Shown here: one piece after another, positions 13,913 to 18,392 of the stretch | How positions within the stretch are numbered: the first letter of the stretch is position 1 | How the letters are laid out: every line of letters begins with the position of its first letter | Origin: Candidatus Methylomirabilis limnetica | GTDB lineage: Bacteria > Methylomirabilota > Methylomirabilia > Methylomirabilales > Methylomirabilaceae | Length of the DNA: 18,392 nt | Direction: 5' to 3' | Assembly: GCF_003044035.1 (NCBI RefSeq) | Contig: NZ_NVQC01000029.1 | Span: forward strand, 1 to 18,392 | Program-made: the position numbers and the translations under genes | The notes under the pieces: generated by a model | What the model was told of the DNA's origin: nothing | Seen by the model: only the letters and a program-made list of their open reading frames with translations | Databases searched by the model: none

Positions 13913-14345
13913 GGGTGCATGACATAAAAGTGAGGCTGCGTAGAGAGTTGCGGTGGGAGGGAGCTTGGGGTAGAAGTCTGACAGGCTTAGTAACGGTCAG
14001 AACGTAGGCCCCATGGGACCATCCACTCCGCCGATTGATGCACTCTCAAGGCAACGTGATGCACTGCGGGCACAACTCGTATCCGTAGGGAATATGCGAC
14101 CCGGCTCTCTGGTGGCGCGTTATCGCAAATGTGGCAAGCCCGCCTGCCGCTGTGCAGGCTAGGGCGAGCGAGGGCATGGCCCAAGCTGGTCCTTGACCCA
14201 CGCAGTGGAGGGCAAGACCCACACCAAGATCATCCCGGTTGCGGCGGTGCCGGTCGGATGATCTTATCTCAAAAGTCTGTCGGGCGCCCAGCTTAAAGCC
14301 GCGCTGGGCACTGGCCAACCCTCGGTCCCCTGGCAGAAGAAGACC
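13913..14345 (+). pseudogene. Decayed solo copy of the IS 5' end with a DUF6788 gene remnant, inverted relative to 203-728
   Basis: Aligns to the reverse complement of about 300-728. I counted about 21 substitutions over the first ~240 nt of the ORF by manual alignment. ATG at 14013. Codon 50 is TAG (14160-14162) where the intact copy has CAG. An internal deletion of about 70 nt lies near 14255. The -10 is degraded to TAGAAG and the RBS to AACGTAGG. No transposase part is present, and the purM stop follows at 14363. Confidence 0.8.
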
Positions 14346-14362
14346 GTTACCCACATCGTTGA

Positions 14363-15472
14363 CTACACCTTCACGAACCGATTGTCTTGGCCGACCAGGC
14401 CGTGGGGTCGAATGACGACCTTCCGCTCCGGATCGCTTACCACGCGGCCGATCTGTAAGGCTTCCCGGCCATGATGCTTCACGATCTCCAGGAAGGACTC
14501 CGCATCTGCTTCAGCGACGACGACACAGAACCCGATCCCCATGTTGAAGACCTGGAACATCTCGTGATCGGGGATACCCCCAGATTGCTGGATCAGAGAA
14601 AATATAGGAGGAATCGGAGGGAGCCGGTCAATTTCGTATCCGACCGCGTGAGGCTGTGCGTCCAATCGTAGCAAGTTCAGCAGCCCATCGCTCGTGATAT
14701 GGGCGAGCCCCGTGATGGCCAGCGATCGTTCGAGCGCCTCCACCACCTCCGGTACGTAGATGGCGGTCGGCTCCAGCAACTCTTCCCCCAGCGTTCGCCC
14801 AAACTCCTCGAACTTGGTGTCCACGGTGTACCTGTTCTGCGTGAACAGGACCTGCCGGGCCAGCGTCAGGCCGTTACTGTGGATCCCGCTGCTTCGGATT
14901 CCAATAATGACATCACCGGGCGTCACGGACCTGCCAACGATCACCTTATCAAGCGGGACATGGCCGACGCACATCCCGACCAGATCGCATCCCCACCCTT
15001 CCCGCTCAGACGCGAGCATCTCCCGGATCTGGGCGATCTCTCCGCCGCAGATGGCGACCCCTGCGCGACGCGCCCCTTCCTTCAGCCCTTGCATGAGCTG
15101 GCCGATAAGATGCGGATTCGCCTCTTGCACCGCGATATAATCCAGGAACGAAACTGGCCGAGCCCCCACGCAGAGTACATCGTTCACATTCATGGCCACG
15201 CAGTCTATCCCGATCGTATCGAACTTCTGCATCATCTGCGCGACCATAAGCTTCGTGCCCACCCCGTCGGTCGAAAGGGCCAGACCCATCCCGTGCCCGA
15301 GATCGATAACGTTCGCAAAAAAGCCGATAGGCAGGACCGGTTTCCCGATCCCTCGCACAAAGGCAAACGTTTCGGTCGCCGTCTCGATCACACGGGACAA
15401 CACCTGCTCTTCCCGCTCGACATCGACGCCGGCGCCGAGGTAACTCGCTGCGCCCTCTGGCTGCTTCTGCAT
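14363..15472 (-). CDS. purM: Phosphoribosylformylglycinamidine cyclo-ligase (AIR synthase)
   Basis: YLGAGVDVE, STDGVGTKL, DCVAMNVNDV, GGEIAQ and SSGIHSNG motifs, collinear with E. coli PurM. ATG 15472 has a GGAAGGGGA RBS. GTG 15502 is an alternative start. Confidence 0.82.
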   Translation of the reverse strand: MQKQPEGAASYLGAGVDVEREEQVLSRVIETATETFAFVRGIGKPVLPIGFFANVIDLGHGMGLALSTDGVGTKLMVAQMMQKFDTIGIDCVAMNVNDVLCVGARPVSFLDYIAVQEANPHLIGQLMQGLKEGARRAGVAICGGEIAQIREMLASEREGWGCDLVGMCVGHVPLDKVIVGRSVTPGDVIIGIRSSGIHSNGLTLARQVLFTQNRYTVDTKFEEFGRTLGEELLEPTAIYVPEVVEALERSLAITGLAHITSDGLLNLLRLDAQPHAVGYEIDRLPPIPPIFSLIQQSGGIPDHEMFQVFNMGIGFCVVVAEADAESFLEIVKHHGREALQIGRVVSDPERKVVIRPHGLVGQDNRFVKV

Positions 15473-15562
15473 CTTTACTGTCCCCTTCCGACTTCCCCGC
15501 ACCAGTTTCCAAATGCATTAGAACGTCCAGCACAGTGTCCCAAAAGTCTCTTTACTCTTATT

Positions 15563-15654
15563 GTCATTCCGGGCTTGACCCGGAATCCAGCTTCTCTACA
15601 CTGGATTCCTGCTCCCGGCTTAAAACGTGCCGGGACAGGCTTCGCAGGAATGAC
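15563..15654 (+). repeat. About 92-nt three-hairpin structured repeat, copy R2
   Basis: GTCATTCC..GGAATGAC ends. Hairpins are ATTCCGGG-CTTGA-CCCGGAAT (15566-15586), ATCCAG-N10-CTGGAT, and TCCCGGC-N9-GCCGGGA (15613-15635). Same orientation as R1. Confidence 0.8.
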
Positions 15655-15867
15655 GACCTTGGAATCAATGTAAAGAGTATTGGGGCCACAACACTGGCAT
15701 CGCCACCACGAACCCATCGGTCGTGAGCCAACAGTAAGAGATTCGCTGGGGCGCGTCAAGCAGTATTGAGTGTAATCAATAATCCTTTATCGCCAGGATC
15801 CGCCAGATCGAAATCCGCGTCCTCCGCCGCCTCAAGTACTCCCGTCGCCGGCACTTTCAGCTTGGCT

Positions 15868-16566
15868 TTACCTCGTAACGCCACCGTGGGCAGGTGGCAC
15901 CTCCAAAGGTGCGCCCGGTTCTACGACCCGGATTTGCGCAACCTCGCGTCCCAACAAGACCCAAAGAAGCTCATCGGGAATTTCCCGCACTTCTTCTTCG
16001 GGGGGTGCAAGCAGGCAGGCCAACTTTTTGTCCCGACCAGTCCGTTCGGCAAGTTTAAAGGTGATTGCTTTTTCTCCCTCAGTCATCAAGCGGATGAGGT
16101 TCGCCACATCGTCGGCATCTTTGAGTTCTGTGGCCTGCAGTTTCATGGCGGCAAGATGCGGTTTGGTCAGCACTGGGATGGAGACACCCGGAAGATGCTC
16201 GGCCCCCTGGATGGCCTCCAGCTCCCATTTATAACGCGCAATCAGCAGGTCCATCCGCGGATATTCGCCCCTGAGATCCTCAAGGAAGATGATATCGTGC
16301 TTAAAGGGATCCTCGGGAACCTTGCTCCCCTGAATCACCTCCGCGCGAAATCGTTCCGGAATGTGTTGCTTCAACAGGACGAAGAACGCATCAGTCCCAG
16401 ATGTTCGAATTAAGTCCGAGTACAGGCAGAAGTCCACATCAAGGGTAGTCCGTTCGACCCCATGCAGGATCACGGCATAGCCGCCAATCACGGCCATGTC
16501 AACCTTAACGGGCAGGGCGTTGATAATGCCGTGGATTGTCTCGAAGGTATCTTTGATAGATTTCAT
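15868..16566 (-). CDS. Nucleotidyltransferase-fold protein (AbiEii/DUF2204/DUF6036-like), 232 aa
   Basis: The N-terminus ...INALPVKVDMAVIGGYAVILHGVERTTLDVDFCLY fits the hGG-x(n)-DxD Pol-beta NTase signature. The later segment IPVLTKPHLAAMKLQATELKDADDVANLIRL resembles the conserved helix of these families. RBS GGAGGGGG lies upstream of ATG 16566. ATG 16497 is an alternative start. Confidence 0.55.
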   Translation of the reverse strand: MKSIKDTFETIHGIINALPVKVDMAVIGGYAVILHGVERTTLDVDFCLYSDLIRTSGTDAFFVLLKQHIPERFRAEVIQGSKVPEDPFKHDIIFLEDLRGEYPRMDLLIARYKWELEAIQGAEHLPGVSIPVLTKPHLAAMKLQATELKDADDVANLIRLMTEGEKAITFKLAERTGRDKKLACLLAPPEEEVREIPDELLWVLLGREVAQIRVVEPGAPLEVPPAHGGVTR

Positions 16567-16726
16567 AAACCGAGACCCCCTCCGCATCGGCCTTGAGGGC
16601 AAGAATATTGGAGACCAGACGGTGCATGGTCTCCGCCCGCTCAATGGGCGACAGTCGAAGGAAACTCGCGCGCTCCTCGGCTTTTCTGCTGTCCAGGATG
16701 GATGGCATACGAACACTGTACCACAT
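16505..16726 (-). CDS. Small helical hypothetical protein (73 aa), upstream partner of the NTase gene
   Basis: AGGTGG 3-4 nt before ATG 16726. Predicted helical (SRKAEERASFLRLSPIERAETMHRLVSNILALKADAEG). The 3' end overlaps the NTase ORF by 62 nt if the NTase gene starts at 16566. I recognise no family. Confidence 0.4.
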   Translation of the reverse strand: MWYSVRMPSILDSRKAEERASFLRLSPIERAETMHRLVSNILALKADAEGVSVYEIYQRYLRDNPRHYQRPAR

Positions 16727-17009
16727 TTCCCACCTCTATCACCAAGTCTAGCCCCCGCCCCGCGTGGGGACCCACGGGTCAAGCCCGTGGTGTCAACGGC
16801 TAAACGCCCTGTCGCCCGTGAGGCTGGCAACAGCGGAATATGATAATCCGGCATTCTACATCTGTCCGTCCCCCCAGAGAGAATCCTACCCGCGCCAATC
16901 CTGTATTTCTGCGGCATGACGCGGGTTAGCTTGCGCCGGGGAGTGCAAAAGAGTAAGATCAATTGGAAAGGACTTGAAACGGCTCTCCCCTTAGCCGAAG
17001 AAGGGAGCG

Positions 17010-17237
17010 ATGATGCGTTACTTCAAAGTGATCGTAGAGAAACATCCGGAGGGCTATGTAGCCTATCCCATGGGGCTCAAGGGGGTGGTGATCGGCGAAG
17101 GCGAGACCTACGAGGATGCCTTGGCAGATGTGCAATCTGCCATCCGCTTCCACATCGAGACCTTTGGACTGGAAGCGCTGGAGGCCGAGTCCCCCGTCCT
17201 GGACGCCTTCATTGCAGAAGCAACAGTCACGCTCTGA
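17010..17237 (+). CDS. hicB: HicB-family antitoxin (short UPF0150-type, no C-terminal DNA-binding domain)
   Basis: MMRYFKVIVEKHPEGYVAYPMGLKGVVIGEGETYEDALADVQSAIRFHIE matches the HicB N-terminal fold pattern. The stop overlaps the hicA start (TGATG). Confidence 0.8.
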   Translation: MMRYFKVIVEKHPEGYVAYPMGLKGVVIGEGETYEDALADVQSAIRFHIETFGLEALEAESPVLDAFIAEATVTL

Positions 17238-17476
17238 TGCCCACGTTTCCAGAAGAAGTCCCGAAAACAAAAACCATCGAGATCCTGGAGCGGCTGAGCT
17301 TCCAGTTGGTCCGAGAGGGGCCGCATCTGGTGATGGTGCGCAAGAACCCCGATGGGACGCAGACGTCCCTCACCATGCCTAATCACTCCTACATCAAAGG
17401 TTCGACGCTCCGCACCATCTGCACCCAAGCGGGTATCGCCAAAGACGAATTCCTCAAAGCCTACGAAGAGACATAA
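17237..17476 (+). CDS. hicA: HicA-family mRNA interferase toxin
   Basis: 79 aa. IEILERLSFQLVREGPHLVMVRKNPDGTQTSLTMPNHSYIKGSTLRTICTQAGIAKDEF follows the YcfA/HicA pattern (G-x-H, P-x-H, GTLR-I). Confidence 0.75.
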   Translation: MPTFPEEVPKTKTIEILERLSFQLVREGPHLVMVRKNPDGTQTSLTMPNHSYIKGSTLRTICTQAGIAKDEFLKAYEET

Positions 17477-17543
17477 GTCGGGACTTGGTGAACCCGCGAA
17501 TGCGCGGTGAGCTTTGCACTACTACTTTTCCCGCTCCCTGACC

Positions 17544-17783
17544 CTACCTGAGTCTCTCTGAGGCAACCCGCTTCGTGAGTTCGCCGATGATCGTCCCGCG
17601 CGCCGGATCGCCCGACTCGTTCACCGTAACGCCGAGGATCGCTCCGATTCGCGCATCATGAGACCTCGATGCCGCCCCCACCGGACGATAGCCGTTTTGA
17701 GGTGGAGGGGATATGCTGAAAGTGATGAGGTGACCGATGAACAACGTGAGAAGACAGGCCAACCGTAATTTGGTTGACAACAA
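17544..17783 (-). CDS. Hypothetical small secreted protein (weak call)
   Basis: TTG start with an AAGGG 4 nt upstream and a signal-peptide-like N-terminus LRLACLLTLFIGHLITFS. No recognisable family. Confidence 0.25.
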   Translation of the reverse strand: MLSTKLRLACLLTLFIGHLITFSISPPPQNGYRPVGAASRSHDARIGAILGVTVNESGDPARGTIIGELTKRVASERLR

Positions 17784-17912
17784 GTCGCCCTTAGTGCAAT
17801 TCTACCCGCGCAAAAGGGCCTTGTGCTTGTGTTGAGCCGTTTCAGAGGTCTAGCACGTGGGGATGATGAGCAGGCTGTCGCGACTTTAATCCGGCGTGAA
17901 AGGGGAGGTGCA

Positions 17913-18200
17913 ATGGTTTATCACATATTGTGCGAAGTTGTGCCAGGGCGAGAAGAGGCGTTGGATCGCTTCTTGTGTGGCAAGATGAAGAAGTTCTGGC
18001 TTGCTCAGCCAGGGGTTTCGAGGTTTCACGCCTTCAGGGACTTCGTGGATAGCAAGTTTGAGCGGATCATTATGATTGAAGTGGGCGACGGCGGTAACTT
18101 CGATAAGATTTTGATCCTCGATGAGCGTAAGAATTTGCGCAGCGAGCTGCTAACGTTAGTCGCAAATGTCCAGAGTCGGGTCCTCGAGATGATCGAGTAA
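17913..18200 (+). CDS. Hypothetical 95-aa protein, possibly a ferredoxin-like/dimeric alpha-beta barrel fold
   Basis: Strong RBS AAAGGGGAGGTG 4 nt before ATG 17913, followed by a canonical terminator. The region looks more AT-rich than the rest of the window. The 17823 GTG start is rejected for lack of an RBS. Confidence 0.55.
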   Translation: MVYHILCEVVPGREEALDRFLCGKMKKFWLAQPGVSRFHAFRDFVDSKFERIIMIEVGDGGNFDKILILDERKNLRSELLTLVANVQSRVLEMIE

Positions 18201-18224
18201 GACTCAGGCGCTACGGCGGTTCTT

Positions 18225-18267
18225 AACAAGAAGGAGGTCCTGATGCGGGACCTCCTTCTTGTTTTTT
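18225..18267 (+). terminator. Rho-independent terminator
   Basis: Perfect 16-bp stem AACAAGAAGGAGGTCC / GGACCTCCTTCTTGTT with a 7-nt loop, followed by TTTT(AT). Confidence 0.9.
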
Positions 18268-18392
18268 ATGGCTCTTCGCGTAATCGAGTGGGTGAATTTA
18301 ACATGAAATCCTCTGTAAGCCTTGTGGCATCTGGTAAAATCCGGTCTGCACCCCTTGCAGAAAACGGGAGGATTTCTCAATGGCTATTTCAA

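Noticed and set aside
15475-15759. 94-aa - strand ORF upstream of purM
   Set aside because: It covers repeat R2 and the purM leader, with no RBS or motif. It is a repeat translation artefact.
15756-15884. 42-aa GTG-initiated - strand ORF overlapping the NTase stop (VALRGKAKLKVPATGVLEAAEDADFDLADPGDKGLLITLNTA)
   Set aside because: It has a GGAGGTG 13 nt upstream and looks mildly protein-like. It is too short, has no family support, and the SD spacing is long. It could instead indicate a frameshift at the NTase 3' end, but this cannot be decided from sequence alone.
15766-16413. 215-aa + strand ORF
   Set aside because: It is antisense to the NTase-fold gene and has no recognisable features.
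15868-16962. 364-aa version of the NTase ORF
   Set aside because: The N-terminal 132 codons are Arg/Pro-rich, overlap the better-supported 73-aa ORF in another frame, and lack an RBS. The ATG at 16566 with GGAGGGGG fits the NTase fold start.
16916-17476. 186-aa ORF extending hicA upstream across hicB
   Set aside because: The upstream part overlaps hicB in another frame and has no motif. The ATG at 17237, overlapping the hicB stop, gives a canonical-length HicA.
18243-18392. Open frame starting inside the terminator loop and running to the window end, and an ATG at 18380 preceded by GGGAGGA
   Set aside because: The first starts within a perfect terminator hairpin and is implausible. The second may be a real gene start, but only 13 nt are visible, too little to support a call.

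Overview
GC-rich bacterial chromosomal window, mostly conserved housekeeping genes. I cannot assign the taxon from sequence alone. On the + strand: ftsE, ftsX, an envC-like M23 activator, ctpA, tsaD and def. On the - strand: a translationally coupled run of a DUF2007-like gene, hldC (rfaE domain II), mfd and a SurA-like PPIase. Then come an OmpA/Pal lipoprotein, a DUF4398-like lipoprotein and purM. The left edge holds the 5' part of an IS element: a DUF6788 zinc-ribbon ORF followed, one frame back, by an ISKra4-like transposase. A decayed, inverted copy of that IS 5' end lies at 13.9-14.3 kb, so the two copies bracket about 13.2 kb of core genes. The right end (15.7-18.4 kb) looks accessory. 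It has a small ORF overlapping a nucleotidyltransferase-fold gene, a divergent hicB-hicA pair, a weak secreted-peptide ORF and a small orphan gene with a textbook terminator. The most unusual property overall is the density of short structured repeats, several of them translated in frame inside essential genes (mfd, tsaD, the SurA-like gene). These include CAGCNNN/CCTTCAG heptamer tracts and palindromes, a 53-nt hairpin element in two copies, a roughly 90-nt three-hairpin element in two copies with compensatory stem changes, and C6TTT..AAAG6 palindromes. I found no rRNA, tRNA or CRISPR. All family assignments come from motif recognition by eye and need HMM or BLAST confirmation.
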